DNA of 64,000 bases from an uncultured Candidatus Saccharibacteria bacterium (GTDB taxonomy: Bacteria > Patescibacteriota > Minisyncoccia > Phycocordibacterales > JACNGX01), in NCBI GenBank assembly GCA_964621395.1, contig CAZULS010000001.1:64615-128614 (forward strand), written 5' to 3'. How positions within the stretch are numbered: the stretch's first letter is position 1; each line of letters starts with the position of its first letter. The notes below the pieces were generated by a model, which made no database searches, had not been told where the DNA came from, and saw nothing but the letters and a program-made list of their open reading frames with translations. A program made the translations under genes and the position numbers. Below, one piece after another: positions 9,015 through 19,498 of the stretch.

Positions 9015-11540
9015 ATGAAAAAACGAAAGAAGACACGTCGGCTGCTGCATACTCTCAAAACACTGTTCATCGTTCTTTTTAGTGTTGGGCTTGTGTCACT
9101 GGGAGCACTTTTTCTATGGATGGCACTCATACCTCTCCCCGATTTTGAATCATTCGAAGAACGTATCGTCGCTCAGTCGACAAAAATCTACGACCGTACG
9201 GGCGAAATCCTCCTTTACGATGTTCATGAAGACATCACGCGCACCGTCGTTTTAGGGGGCGACATCGCACAGGTCATGAAGGATGCGACAATCGCTATTG
9301 AAGACGCAACGTTTTACGAGCACGCCGGCGTGCGCCCACTCGCTACACTGCGTGCCTTGTTCCTCCAGCCAATTCGCGGCAAAGGGGTGCAAGGAGGATC
9401 CACTATCACTCAACAGGTGGTAAAAAACACACTCCTCACAAACGACCGCACAGTCCAACGAAAAATCAAGGAGTGGGTGTTGTCATTCCGTCTTGAGCAG
9501 ATGTATTCCAAGGATGATATTCTCACCCTCTATCTCAATGAAGCTCCGTATGGCGGAACAATATACGGCATACAGGAGGCATCGCTCGCTTTTTTCGGTA
9601 TTCCGGCAAGTGAGCTCTCACTCCCGCAAGCAGCCGTGCTTGCCGCGCTTCCTCAGGCACCGACCTATTACTCCCCGTACGGAAACAACACCGATGCACT
9701 CAATGAACGAAAAAACCTCGTTCTCTACCGCATGTTTGAAGAGAATATGATTTCGGAAAAAGAATATTCTGATGCGAAAAAAGAAGATATTGTATTTCTT
9801 CCGCAACGTGATACCGGTATCAAAGCTCCACACTTTGTGATGTATGTGATTTCATATCTTGAAGAGGTGTATGGAAAAGATATCATCGAGCAGGGAGGAC
9901 TTGAAGTGATCACCACACTCGATTATGAGCTCCAAGCCCGGGCGGAAGAAATCGTGAACCGCTACGCGCTCGAAAATACGGAAAAGTTTAATGCGGAAAA
10001 CGCCGGCCTTATTGCCACCGACCCAAAGACCGGGCAGATTTTGGTCATGGTGGGTTCACGCGATTATTTTGACGAAGACATAGACGGCAACTTTAATGTC
10101 GCCATCGACCCCAACCGCCAACCAGGGTCGGCATTCAAGCCGTTTGTGTATGCAACAGCGTTTGAAAAAGGATACACACCCGACACAGTCGTCTTTGATC
10201 TCCCCACTGTCTTCGACACCCGCTGCAACCCTGACGGCACACCGGCATATTCGGAAGTTGACCCTGACGATTGCTATGCGCCGGTCAACTACGACGGGAA
10301 TTACAACGGACCAATGAGCTTGCGCAATGCACTGGCTCAATCAGTCAATGTGCCGGCGGTAAAAACACTCTACCTGGCAGGTCTCCGCGATTCACTACAA
10401 ACCGCCAAACATATGGGTATTTCCGGGCTCGGCGACGTGAATCAATATGGGCTCACGCTCGTCTTAGGAGGTGGTGAAGTGTCGCTTCTTGATATGACGA
10501 ATGCGTACGGCACCTTCGCTTCCGAGGGGCTCTATAAAGACAGTGCGGCAATTCTTTCCATCACAGATTCATCGGGAAATGAACTGGAAACATGGAAAGA
10601 AAACGTGAAGCGGGTCATGGATCCGGAGATCACCCGTCTCATTTCCGATGTACTTTCGGATAATGTCGCTCGCACTCCGGCATTTGGTGCCAATTCATAT
10701 CTCCATTTCGGCAACCGCGATGTGGCCGCAAAAACAGGTACCACCAACGATTACCGCGATGCCTGGATTATCGGATACACTCCGTCGATATCGGTGGGTG
10801 CATGGGCGGGAAACAACGACAACTCTCCCATGGAGAAAAAAGTTGCCGGTTTTATCATCGCCCCGCTCTGGAATGAATTCATGCAAGTAGCACTTGAACA
10901 TCTTCCGTATGAATCTTTTACCGACCCGGCACCCACCTCTAAAGAGATCCCCCCAATGCTCCGCGGTATCTGGCAAGGAGGAGAGATATATGAAATCGAC
11001 ACTATCAGTGGCAATCTTGCAACGCAGTATACTCCGGAAGAAACCAGGGAGGAAATTGCGCTAGAGAACGTGCATTCTATTCTCCACTGGATCGATAAAA
11101 CCAATCCAACACATGACATACATCCTGAGGACCCAACACTCGACCCGCAATTTACACTATGGGAACATCCGGTAGGTATATGGGCACAAGAACATGGCTA
11201 CAACACGGCAGGGACGGGAGAAAAACCGACTGCCTATGACACCATCCACACACCGGAGAACACACCACGTGTCACAATATCAGCCCCGGGAGCTGAAGGC
11301 TCATACACCTCAGATGAATTCATTTCCGTTCTTTTCGACACACAGAGCGTCTATCCGATTACAAAGGTAGATTTCTTTGTGAACGGCGTCTTTATAGGCT
11401 CCTCCACACGCGCACCGTTTTCATTCTCCTTCTCCCCCACCCACATCTCTTCCATTTCCACACACAACACCCTAAAAGTCGTCGCAACCGACGCGGTGTT
11501 TAACAAGGGAGAAGCCACGTCTGAGTTTAATGTGTGGTAG
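9015..11540 (+). CDS. Class A penicillin-binding protein (transglycosylase/transpeptidase) with C-terminal Ig-like domain
   Basis: N-terminal TM, EDATFYEH, GGSTITQQ, RKIKE, SAFK (SxxK), SVN, KTG motifs. Confidence 0.93.
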   Translation: MKKRKKTRRLLHTLKTLFIVLFSVGLVSLGALFLWMALIPLPDFESFEERIVAQSTKIYDRTGEILLYDVHEDITRTVVLGGDIAQVMKDATIAIEDATFYEHAGVRPLATLRALFLQPIRGKGVQGGSTITQQVVKNTLLTNDRTVQRKIKEWVLSFRLEQMYSKDDILTLYLNEAPYGGTIYGIQEASLAFFGIPASELSLPQAAVLAALPQAPTYYSPYGNNTDALNERKNLVLYRMFEENMISEKEYSDAKKEDIVFLPQRDTGIKAPHFVMYVISYLEEVYGKDIIEQGGLEVITTLDYELQARAEEIVNRYALENTEKFNAENAGLIATDPKTGQILVMVGSRDYFDEDIDGNFNVAIDPNRQPGSAFKPFVYATAFEKGYTPDTVVFDLPTVFDTRCNPDGTPAYSEVDPDDCYAPVNYDGNYNGPMSLRNALAQSVNVPAVKTLYLAGLRDSLQTAKHMGISGLGDVNQYGLTLVLGGGEVSLLDMTNAYGTFASEGLYKDSAAILSITDSSGNELETWKENVKRVMDPEITRLISDVLSDNVARTPAFGANSYLHFGNRDVAAKTGTTNDYRDAWIIGYTPSISVGAWAGNNDNSPMEKKVAGFIIAPLWNEFMQVALEHLPYESFTDPAPTSKEIPPMLRGIWQGGEIYEIDTISGNLATQYTPEETREEIALENVHSILHWIDKTNPTHDIHPEDPTLDPQFTLWEHPVGIWAQEHGYNTAGTGEKPTAYDTIHTPENTPRVTISAPGAEGSYTSDEFISVLFDTQSVYPITKVDFFVNGVFIGSSTRAPFSFSFSPTHISSISTHNTLKVVATDAVFNKGEATSEFNVW

Positions 11541-11803
11541 ACATGAAATTAGAAGTTAGGAATTCGGAATTAGAAAAAACAAAAGCGCGGCAACCTCCGG
11601 TCGCCGCGCTTTTGTATGATACACTTATTCGCCGTCATTCCTGGCTCCTACCGAGCTCGACCTAGCTCTTTCTCGGAAAAGGGCTGGGTGGGAATCTGGT
11701 GACCAGGAATCCAGGATTTCTGGATCCCGCATCAAGTGCGGGATGACAAGGTTAGTTGAGATAATAGATTTAGATTAAGGTGAAACCTTAATCTAGAAAA
11801 AAA

Positions 11804-12139
11804 TTATACATATTTCCCCTCACTGTCGGTATGTTCCAACACGTCTTTCATCATTTCTTTTGTAGAAGTATAAGAACGAGTTTTCCTTTTCTTTTTCTCC
11901 TGTGTATATTCTTCCACATTTCGGAGAATCTCCTTTTCTCTTTTCAAAGAATATCCATCTTCCGTACGCACTTCAAAAGGAATACTCTGAGTAGCAACAA
12001 CAGTGTGGAGAAAGAGATTTATTCCTGAAGAAAGATCTATGCCCATATCCTCAAAGGTTTTTTGTGCGCGCTTTTTTGTGCGCGCATCAACACGCACATT
12101 CACAACACTATTTTGTTTTTTTGTGGTTGATGTATTCAT
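11804..12139 (-). CDS. RelB/DinJ-family antitoxin (orphan)
   Basis: VNVRVDARTKKRAQKTFEDMGIDLSSGINLFL...SIPFE, C-terminal YTSTKEMMKD. Confidence 0.88.
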   Translation of the reverse strand: MNTSTTKKQNSVVNVRVDARTKKRAQKTFEDMGIDLSSGINLFLHTVVATQSIPFEVRTEDGYSLKREKEILRNVEEYTQEKKKRKTRSYTSTKEMMKDVLEHTDSEGKYV

Positions 12140-12147
12140 ACATCATT

Positions 12148-12175
12148 AGTATATACAATGTATATACTTTGTCAA
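12148..12175 (-). promoter_or_regulatory. Antitoxin promoter with overlapping operator palindrome
   Basis: TTGACA-16-TATACT, with perfect inverted repeat agtatataca-a-tgtatatact at 12148-12168. Confidence 0.8.
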
Positions 12176-12217
12176 TATAATGTATACACAATATTAAGGT
12201 TTAACCTTAATCTATAT

Positions 12218-12449
12218 TAGAACCGGTCTCACTGAAAATGGCTGTTCTCGCGCCCACACTGCGAGCGAACCGTCGTCGCGGAGACCACAACGTACTACTC
12301 GTACGTTATGGTTGAGCGACAAGGTGCAGCCGCAGTGTGGGCGCGAGAACGGCGCATGCGTAGCTCTTGAATATGTTTCTATTATTTTTCAACGTTTTCA
12401 GTGAGACTGGTTCTATTATTTTTCAACGTTTTCAGTGAGACTGGTTCTA
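12218..12449. mobile_element. TAGAACC-ended MITE, subfamily A (198 bp) plus 34-bp tandem duplication of its right end
   Basis: TIR tagaacc(g/a)gtctcactgaaaa...ttttcagtgagactggttcta, homologous to 35708 and 40403. Confidence 0.85.
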
Positions 12450-12707
12450 CTACCGAATATCTCGCGGGGCGCTGTCGCGGAGTGTTTTTTTAAGAGTAGA
12501 GAGGATAGTTTTTTTTCTCATCGAAATCTCTGCTTTTATAAGCGGACTGGTTTCTATATACACAACTTCCTTTTGCACCCTCACATCGCCGATATCGAGC
12601 AAAATATTGTAATCCGACTCAAGTATCCTCACCACCTCTTTGCGTACCGACTCATCGGGAGGGGTGATGGATGTAAATTTCTTAAGGAGTGAGGAGATAG
12701 AATCCAT
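12450..12707 (-). CDS. DciA/DUF721-like small protein
   Basis: Downstream of dnaN. Pattern VVYIETSPLIKAEISMRKKTILSTL...RDIR fits the DUF721 core. Confidence 0.55.
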   Translation of the reverse strand: MDSISSLLKKFTSITPPDESVRKEVVRILESDYNILLDIGDVRVQKEVVYIETSPLIKAEISMRKKTILSTLKKTLRDSAPRDIR

Positions 12708-12843
12708 ACATGAAATAAAATATCAAATACCAAAACACAAATTCCAAATAATACCGAATATCAAAATCTCAAAACCCATTTGCTGTCATTCCTGGCTTGA
12801 CCAGGAATCTACAAGGCTATACGACCCACTCACGTCTGCCTGG

Positions 12844-12946
12844 ACCGAGCACCACACTTATGTGTTTGAGAATAAAATTTTTTGTCAGTAAGATAGGTTA
12901 CTAGGAAGATTATATCCTCCATGAAATCAAAAGTGTGGTGCTTGGT
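12844..12946. repeat. ~100-bp hairpin element with CACCAC/GTGGTG termini
   Basis: accgagcaccacactt...aagtgtggtgcttggt, 103 bp. Confidence 0.7.
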
Positions 12947-13029
12947 GACGACAAAAGAGAGTTTGGAGATTAGAATTTTGGTCATTGAGATTTATTTGTC
13001 ATTTGGTGCTTGTGATTTGTAATTTTATT

Positions 13030-14130
13030 TTACTTATTCATCGGCATCACGAGTGAGAGAAACGACTGATCGCCCACTGATTCAATAATGAGTGGTTTAT
13101 TCTCTCCTGAAAACGACACTGACACACTGTCTCCTGAGAGTGACGCGAAGCTATCGGTAATATATTTATAATTCACACTGATTGTTATCTGCTCGCCGGA
13201 GAGTGATGCTTGGAGCGGCATCTTACTCTCACCCACATCGGCATTTTTTGTTTCAATGATATAGGTTTTTTCTTTTGGATTGAGTGACATGGTTGCTTGT
13301 TTGAATGTATTTGAAAACACCATACTCACCTTCAAAGCATCAATAAAATCTTTTTTAAGAACAATAGCGGTTGTGGTATATTCCTTCGGTATAATTTGGC
13401 GATAATCGGGAAACGAGCCGTCGATAATGCGAGAAGTAACATACACCCCTTCTTTCTCAAAGACAATCTGATGATCATTGAAACGAATATCCACATCACC
13501 TTGCTGTTGCTCAAAGATGCGAATAATTTCCAGTGCATTTTTATGTGGGACAAGAATACCACCCCAATCATTCACATTAGTATGTGCTATTTTCTTCTCA
13601 GCCAAACGAAACGAGTCAGTGGCAACAAACACTATGGTATTGTGTTCAGGATACATATACACACTTCCAAGCTCAGGCTTCACATCAGAAAGCGATGAGC
13701 TGTACACCACACTCTTCAATCCCTCAACAAGTTTCTTTACCGGAAGAGAAAAGCTGGTTCCTTGATCAATAACAGGAAGGGAAGGGAATTCCTCTGTGGG
13801 GAGACATTTGATAAGGGTGTTATTCCCTTGCATCGAAAGAGTAAGATTCCCTTCTTTTTCTTCAATATCAATCGCTCCCTCACCTGAAATACCTGAAAGG
13901 AAACCACTGAACACCGATGCTGGTACCGCAACGATACCATCACGCTCGGCCTTGACCGGAAGTTCAACTTCAATACCAATATCAAGATTGGTTGCACGAA
14001 TGACCATACGCTTTCCCGACACCTCTAAAAGAACTGAAGAGAGGATGGGAAGAGAAAGATTTTTTCCTGTTACTTTCTCCGCAAGAGAGATTGTTTCGGA
14101 AAGAAGTTTTTTTGAACATGAGCATTTCAT
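13030..14130 (-). CDS. dnaN: DNA polymerase III beta clamp
   Basis: LPILSSVLL, ATNLDIGI, VATDSFRLA, SRIIDGSFPDY, LVMPM. Confidence 0.97.
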   Translation of the reverse strand: MKCSCSKKLLSETISLAEKVTGKNLSLPILSSVLLEVSGKRMVIRATNLDIGIEVELPVKAERDGIVAVPASVFSGFLSGISGEGAIDIEEKEGNLTLSMQGNNTLIKCLPTEEFPSLPVIDQGTSFSLPVKKLVEGLKSVVYSSSLSDVKPELGSVYMYPEHNTIVFVATDSFRLAEKKIAHTNVNDWGGILVPHKNALEIIRIFEQQQGDVDIRFNDHQIVFEKEGVYVTSRIIDGSFPDYRQIIPKEYTTTAIVLKKDFIDALKVSMVFSNTFKQATMSLNPKEKTYIIETKNADVGESKMPLQASLSGEQITISVNYKYITDSFASLSGDSVSVSFSGENKPLIIESVGDQSFLSLVMPMNK

Positions 14131-14415
14131 ACTAATTCAAATGATTACATTATCCCCAAGGGTGTTTTGTATATTATTAAATAAAATTATTATTATTATA
14201 GACTCGGTGGAAAAGTGGAAAGGTATTCTTTTTCGTTATATATCAATGACGGAGCGATATATTCTCATGTGAATAACGTCGGCATAGAAGTGAGTGATTC
14301 TGTTTGCCTGTGTATAGTATATTCACTCCCTCTCTTTTTCCACATATTGTTATATTTTTATACACATACACATACAGGTACTTTTCCCGAGGCTCTACAC
14401 ATATTTTACCCCGCT
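14131..14415. other. Probable oriC (dnaA-dnaN intergenic)
   Basis: DnaA-box-like 9-mers TTATCCCCA (14150), TGTGAATAA (14268), TTTTCCACA (14336), TTATACACA (14358), and an AT-rich tract at about 14170-14200. Confidence 0.8.
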
Positions 14416-15750
14416 CTACACCAGTGATCGAATTTTTTCCACCTCACTACGAAGACTATTGTCGTCGCTTAAATCTTTTTTCATCTTCTCACAGGAATGC
14501 ATCACTGTGGTGTGGTCTCTTCCCCCAAGATTTTTTCCAATCATCGGATAGGATGCATCATAATCTTCTCGCAAGATATACATCACAATTTGTCGCGGTT
14601 TTACAATCTCTTTTCGTCTCGTTTTCTCATAAATATCCTTTTCAGGAATATCATAGAAGCCGGCAACAGTCTTCACCACATCTTTCACAGAGATGTTCTT
14701 CTTCGGTTTTTCAGCGTGTTTGATGATACGTTTTACTTCATCGAGTGTGAGACCTTTCTCTCCCACTGAGGAATGGCACATGAGGGTGTTAATAGCGCCC
14801 TCAAGCTCGCGAATATTCCCTTCAATGGAAAGAGCAAGATAATCAACAACATCCCCGGGTACTTCAATACCCCGTGAACGAAGCTTCATGGTAATAATAG
14901 AGCTTCGAGCCTCATATTCCGGCTGATTAATGTCCACAATCATGCCGGCGCTAAAGCGTGATTTGAGACGTGACTCAAGACCGGGAATGAAATTGGGGTG
15001 TACGTCGGAGGAGAAAATAATTTGCTTATTACTGTCGTAGAGAGCATTAAAGACGTGGAAGAGTTCCTCTTGCGTTTTTTCTTTATTGGAAAGAAACTGA
15101 ATGTCATCCATGATGAGAGTATCGAAATTGCGATATTTTTCTTTGAAGACATTCGTCGTGTCATTTTGAAGAGAGGAAATGTAGTCAACGAGAAATTTTT
15201 CCGATGTGATGTAGAGTACACGCTTCTTCAAATCTTTTCTCAAATGATTTCCCACCGATTGGATGAGATGGGTCTTCCCCACTCCTGTTCCTCCATAGAC
15301 AAAAAGCGGATTATAGGTGACACCAGGATTTTTAATAATCGCCTGGGCCGCGGCGTACGCTAAATTATTGAATGATCCAACAATAAACGATTCGAATGTG
15401 TAGCGTGGATTGAGATTGCTCTCTTTGTCGACATACACGTCAGCAAGGGGTAGCTCTCCCACCTCACAGCTTTGTACTTTTTTCTCCTCTCCTTCTTTTG
15501 GCACCTTCGCAATAACATATTCGAGCCCACGTACACCGTCGGAGAGCTCACGCAATGACTTTAAAATCATTGTGTGAAATTTTTGTGACAACCATTCTTT
15601 CACGAATTCGTTGGGCACGGCGACGAAGACAGTCCCCTCGTCTTGCTTGACGATGTAGGTGTTGCGAAACCAGGTGCTGAAGTTTGCTCGAGAGATTTGC
15701 GACTCCACTTCGCTGAGTACACTATTCCAAAGTTGAGAGTTGTCGACCAT
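14416..15750 (-). CDS. dnaA: Chromosomal replication initiator DnaA
   Basis: YNPLFVYGGTGVGKTHL, MDDIQF, RLKSRF, GNIRELEGA, GGRDHTTV. Start MVDNSQLW. Confidence 0.98.
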   Translation of the reverse strand: MVDNSQLWNSVLSEVESQISRANFSTWFRNTYIVKQDEGTVFVAVPNEFVKEWLSQKFHTMILKSLRELSDGVRGLEYVIAKVPKEGEEKKVQSCEVGELPLADVYVDKESNLNPRYTFESFIVGSFNNLAYAAAQAIIKNPGVTYNPLFVYGGTGVGKTHLIQSVGNHLRKDLKKRVLYITSEKFLVDYISSLQNDTTNVFKEKYRNFDTLIMDDIQFLSNKEKTQEELFHVFNALYDSNKQIIFSSDVHPNFIPGLESRLKSRFSAGMIVDINQPEYEARSSIITMKLRSRGIEVPGDVVDYLALSIEGNIRELEGAINTLMCHSSVGEKGLTLDEVKRIIKHAEKPKKNISVKDVVKTVAGFYDIPEKDIYEKTRRKEIVKPRQIVMYILREDYDASYPMIGKNLGGRDHTTVMHSCEKMKKDLSDDNSLRSEVEKIRSLV

Positions 15751-15797
15751 AGAACATGAGATATGTGACACGAATAACGTCACACCATTATAGTATG

Positions 15798-15860
15798 AGT
15801 GGACACTGTGTGGAAACTTGCAAACCTTGGAAAAGTCTGTTGATAACATGTGGAAAACCT
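15798..15860. promoter_or_regulatory. Cluster of degenerate DnaA boxes upstream of dnaA
   Basis: tgtggaaac, tgttgataa, tgtggaaaa in the same orientation. Confidence 0.55.
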
Positions 15861-16060
15861 CTTCGAGGCAATATAACAAAAACCAAAAAACAAATTCCAA
15901 ATAATACCCAATATAAAAATACCAATACCAAAACACTCTTGTAACTTTTTTGAATTTTGAATATTTGGTCATTGGTTTTTATTTGTGATTTGGTGCTTGT
16001 GATTTGGTTTTTCACTTGTCCCCTTGCATTTTTACGCCAATACGGTATAGTGGTCCCACT

Positions 16061-16195
16061 ATGTCAAAGACGTATAACCCCAGCAACAGAAAACGCAAGA
16101 CAACCCACGGGTTTTTGGTCCGTAAGGCAACACCAGGCGGTCGTGCAGTACTCAAAAATCGCCGCCGCAAAGGACGCACGAAGCTTTCTGTGTAA
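16061..16195 (+). CDS. rpmH: 50S ribosomal protein L34
   Basis: [21 protein letters not shown]...RRRKGRTKL. Confidence 0.97.
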   Translation: MSKTYNPSNRKRKTTHGFLVRKATPGGRAVLKNRRRKGRTKLSV

Positions 16196-16215
16196 TATTT
16201 CATTCTACAAAAATC

Positions 16216-16319
16216 ATCCGACACCACTCCCAGATTTGAGAAGTGTAATAAGATTTCATAAAAAACATTACATTTCCAGGTAATGTTTTTTATTTGGACG
16301 CACAAGAGTGGTGTCGGAT
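16216..16319. repeat. ~100-bp hairpin element
   Basis: atccgacaccactc...gagtggtgtcggat, 104 bp, with internal IR ataaaaaacattac/gtaatgttttttat. Confidence 0.7.
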
Positions 16320-16342
16320 TGGTTTTTGTATACAATATACTT

Positions 16343-16690
16343 ATGCTTCCGAAAAAAAGACGTATTCCCACAGTGTGGTTTAAGGGGCGATATCGCCGTG
16401 TTGGAGCACAAAAAGGATCTCATGTATCAGTGAGCGTTTTTGAGGCGTCTGAAAAAAGCTCCCCTACTCGTTTTGCGTGTGTTGTCTCAAAGAAAGGCGG
16501 AGTAAATGCCGCTATGCGCAACAGTATCCGTCGCAGAGTATATGCAATCATTGAGGAGTTACTTCCTCGTGTGCAAAACGGCCTCTATTGCACTCTTTCA
16601 CTTTCAAAAGATGTGCAGGACATTTCACATGAGGAATTGAAGAGCGAGATTCAAGATCTTTTGGAGAAAAGCAATGTGATTAATACGTAG
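16343..16690 (+). CDS. rnpA: Ribonuclease P protein component
   Basis: MLPKKRRI, RFACVVSKK..NAAMRNSIRRR (RNR-like motif), synteny with rpmH. Confidence 0.9.
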   Translation: MLPKKRRIPTVWFKGRYRRVGAQKGSHVSVSVFEASEKSSPTRFACVVSKKGGVNAAMRNSIRRRVYAIIEELLPRVQNGLYCTLSLSKDVQDISHEELKSEIQDLLEKSNVINT

Positions 16691-16726
16691 GTATACCAAT
16701 GAACATACCGTGGTATGTTCATTGGT

Positions 16727-16972
16727 ATGGTTGTGTCATCTTTCTTTATATTCTGTATTCGTGTTTATCAAACGCTCTTTTCCCGAGAACAAAGTGTCTG
16801 GGTGAAGTGGGGTATTGTGCGTGAGAAAAAGACCTGTATCTTTTATCCCACGTGCTCCGAATACATGATTCTCGCAATCAAAAAATATGGCCCATGGAAA
16901 GGAGTGAAAAAAGGCCTGAACCGCATAAGACGCTGCAACCCCAACACTCCCCCGTCGGTAGATATTCCCTAG
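16727..16972 (+). CDS. yidD: Membrane protein insertion efficiency factor YidD
   Basis: [10 protein letters not shown]...KYG...RIRRCNP. Confidence 0.92.
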   Translation: MVVSSFFIFCIRVYQTLFSREQSVWVKWGIVREKKTCIFYPTCSEYMILAIKKYGPWKGVKKGLNRIRRCNPNTPPSVDIP

Positions 16973-17718
16973 AGACTTTTCCACACGAATGTTAGGAATG
17001 TGCGCTGCATGTCAGCGATTGCTTTATCTGTGATGACGACAGCGACGCGGTTTTCAAAGGAGATAAGTGCGAGTTTGTCTCCGGTTACGAGAAGGTCCGA
17101 CTGGAATTTCATTGACGTGGAAAGGGTTTTGTTTTTTACGAAACTTACGTATTCTTTCATATTCAATTGTTCTGTTGCCGCTTCGGATTTTTCAATCAGG
17201 TTGTGTATAGTGATTTCGTGCTCTTTTACTTTCATAAGAAGGGCATGATTTTCTTCTTTTGAGAACAGTGAGAAGAATGCTTCAGGTGAGTAAATGGTAT
17301 AAATATCCTGCCAGGTATTAAAAATTTCTTCATATGCGGCTATAAGCCCTCTCCTCCCCTCGTAGGTGACGATATTTGGCTTGGAGGCCGATTGAGCATA
17401 GAGTGATTCAAGCTCTGGAATAATCGCATTTATCCGATTTTTTGTGTAATCAAGAGACCGTTTTTCTTTTTCGAGATATGACACAATAGAACGAGGGTGT
17501 GTCGCTGCATATTCTAGACGTTTCCCCCGTTTGGTTTGTTGAATTAAACCTTTTTCTAAAAGCTCCTCAAGATACTGATATGTGGTTGTGCGTTTAATGC
17601 CCGTCTTTTTTGCAATGTCTGTTATATTCCCACTCCCCATACGGAGAATGGTGATATACACGGAAATGCTTGTCTCTTTGAGTCCGAGACGCATGAGATT
17701 TTTTTGTATATGTTCCAT
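16969..17718 (-). CDS. TrmB-family transcriptional regulator
   Basis: [11 protein letters not shown]...[25 protein letters not shown] wHTH, YEGRRGL. Confidence 0.85.
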   Translation of the reverse strand: MEHIQKNLMRLGLKETSISVYITILRMGSGNITDIAKKTGIKRTTTYQYLEELLEKGLIQQTKRGKRLEYAATHPRSIVSYLEKEKRSLDYTKNRINAIIPELESLYAQSASKPNIVTYEGRRGLIAAYEEIFNTWQDIYTIYSPEAFFSLFSKEENHALLMKVKEHEITIHNLIEKSEAATEQLNMKEYVSFVKNKTLSTSMKFQSDLLVTGDKLALISFENRVAVVITDKAIADMQRTFLTFVWKSL

Positions 17719-17909
17719 ACTATAAATATACACAAACTATAAAGAGTGTCAATATATTTTGGCACATTTTATCCATATATTATAATCAGACTCTTTATTT
17801 ACAACGTATGATGAGTTTTGTCTCTGTATAACTTGACAGAAATAGAGAACGATATACGTTATGTGCAGATTCAATTTTTCTTCCTCAAACAATATAAAAG
17901 GAGAAAATA

Positions 17910-18227
17910 ATGTATTCATTAGCACAAAAGGCACTCGATTATAAAATCGACAGACCAAGCACTCCTGCTTGGAAAGAGCAGCTGCTCAGTAGTATGTTCG
18001 ATGATTTTTTCTCCACCACAGAATCTTCGGACACTCTAATGGCTGGCTTTTTCTTGGTACCTATAACCTTGCTCGGTCTATTGGCAGGCATGTATGTGTT
18101 GCAGGGTACGTATGATCGCGCAATTGTGACTATAGTATTTGCTATGGTTCTTGTACTACTCTTTCTCTCTATGTGCCTCAATGCCAATGCGGTCGATGAA
18201 AGGAGGTTGTGGAAATACTCATTATAG
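17910..18227 (+). CDS. Small two-TM membrane protein (ORFan)
   Basis: SD AAGGAG, upstream TTGACA at about 17833, two hydrophobic segments. Confidence 0.7.
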   Translation: MYSLAQKALDYKIDRPSTPAWKEQLLSSMFDDFFSTTESSDTLMAGFFLVPITLLGLLAGMYVLQGTYDRAIVTIVFAMVLVLLFLSMCLNANAVDERRLWKYSL

Positions 18228-18288
18228 GAGCCATTAAAAAACTAAAAGTCACTAAAATTGTTCGATACAAGAAAAATAAAGGAGGATA

Positions 18289-18609
18289 ATGCATTATTCA
18301 TTAGTACACCACTCTGTCTCTCATAAGGTTGAGAGAGAAAAAGAAAGAAAAAAGAGGAGAAATATCTTATTTCTCCTCAAGAAAAACATCTCCTGGGTAA
18401 TAGGAGTTGTAATATGCAGCTTACTTGGCTTCGTATGCTTCAAAGCGGGTTTCGGAGGTATGCCAGAGGCAGCTGCTTCCGAGGAGAGAGACGCGTGGGC
18501 ATTTGTCGTGGTTCTAGGATGTTTTTTCCTTTTTCTTGGTTTCGGCGCTTATCTCAATTTAAGAGATGAGGTTATTGAAGAAAAGAGAAAGTTGCATCCA
18601 AAACTTTAG
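18289..18609 (+). CDS. Small two-TM membrane protein, probable paralog of the preceding gene
   Basis: SD AAGGAGG, two TM segments, similar termini. Confidence 0.7.
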   Translation: MHYSLVHHSVSHKVEREKERKKRRNILFLLKKNISWVIGVVICSLLGFVCFKAGFGGMPEAAASEERDAWAFVVVLGCFFLFLGFGAYLNLRDEVIEEKRKLHPKL

Positions 18610-18681
18610 GACTTGAGGCGATCATGCGTGGTCGCCTTTTTCTTGCTTTTAAGGATTAAACAGCGTACAATAGCTTGTACT

Positions 18682-19482
18682 ATGATTGGTTTTTTCGAGA
18701 CAATTATTTACCAACCTCTGTACAACGGTCTCGTGTTTTTGGCGTATTTTATGCCGTGGGCGGATATTGGCTTGGCGGTGATTGCGCTCACGCTCATTGT
18801 GAAGTTTGCACTCTTCCCGCTCATGCATACCACCACAAAAAGTCAGGTGAAGATGCGTGAAATTGAGCCGGAGCTTAATAAGCTCAAAGAAGATCTCAAA
18901 GACGACAAAGAAAAGCAGGCACGCGAACTCATTGCGCTGTATAACAAGCACGGCATTAATCCGGCAACAGGGTGTGTGGCGCTTATTATTCAGCTACCGA
19001 TTATTCTCGGGCTCTATTGGGTCTTTAAGGATATTCAATTTGATCCGGCAACAACCGGTGCGATGATTGAAAACGGTGTACGAGCTGCCGGCGCTTTTCT
19101 CAATGAAGCGATTCTCTATCCCTTCACTCCCCGACCGGAGTATCTTCACACGGAATTTCTCGGATTTATTGATATGACCGGCCGAAGTATTCTTCTGGCA
19201 GTATTTGCGGGTATGACGCAATATTACCAAATGAAACTCTCTATGCCCGGAGAGAGGCCAACGTTGCAGAACACAGGATCGTTCAAAGATGACCTTATGC
19301 AGAACATGAAATTCCAAATGCGCTACGTCTTTCCTTTCTTTGTGGTTATCTTTGCCTACACTATTTCATCGGCTATTGCATTGTATTGGGTTATCAGTAA
19401 TATGTTTGCTATCGGGCATGAATGGCATGTGCGGAGAGAATATGAACGCTCGAAGGAAAGTGCCCAGGAGGGTGCCGCATAA
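18682..19482 (+). CDS. yidC: Membrane protein insertase YidC (short form)
   Basis: GLAVIALTLIVK, LYNKHGINP..GC...IQLPI, AIALYW. Confidence 0.95.
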   Translation: MIGFFETIIYQPLYNGLVFLAYFMPWADIGLAVIALTLIVKFALFPLMHTTTKSQVKMREIEPELNKLKEDLKDDKEKQARELIALYNKHGINPATGCVALIIQLPIILGLYWVFKDIQFDPATTGAMIENGVRAAGAFLNEAILYPFTPRPEYLHTEFLGFIDMTGRSILLAVFAGMTQYYQMKLSMPGERPTLQNTGSFKDDLMQNMKFQMRYVFPFFVVIFAYTISSAIALYWVISNMFAIGHEWHVRREYERSKESAQEGAA

Positions 19483-19498
19483 ATTATCCCCTTATCTT

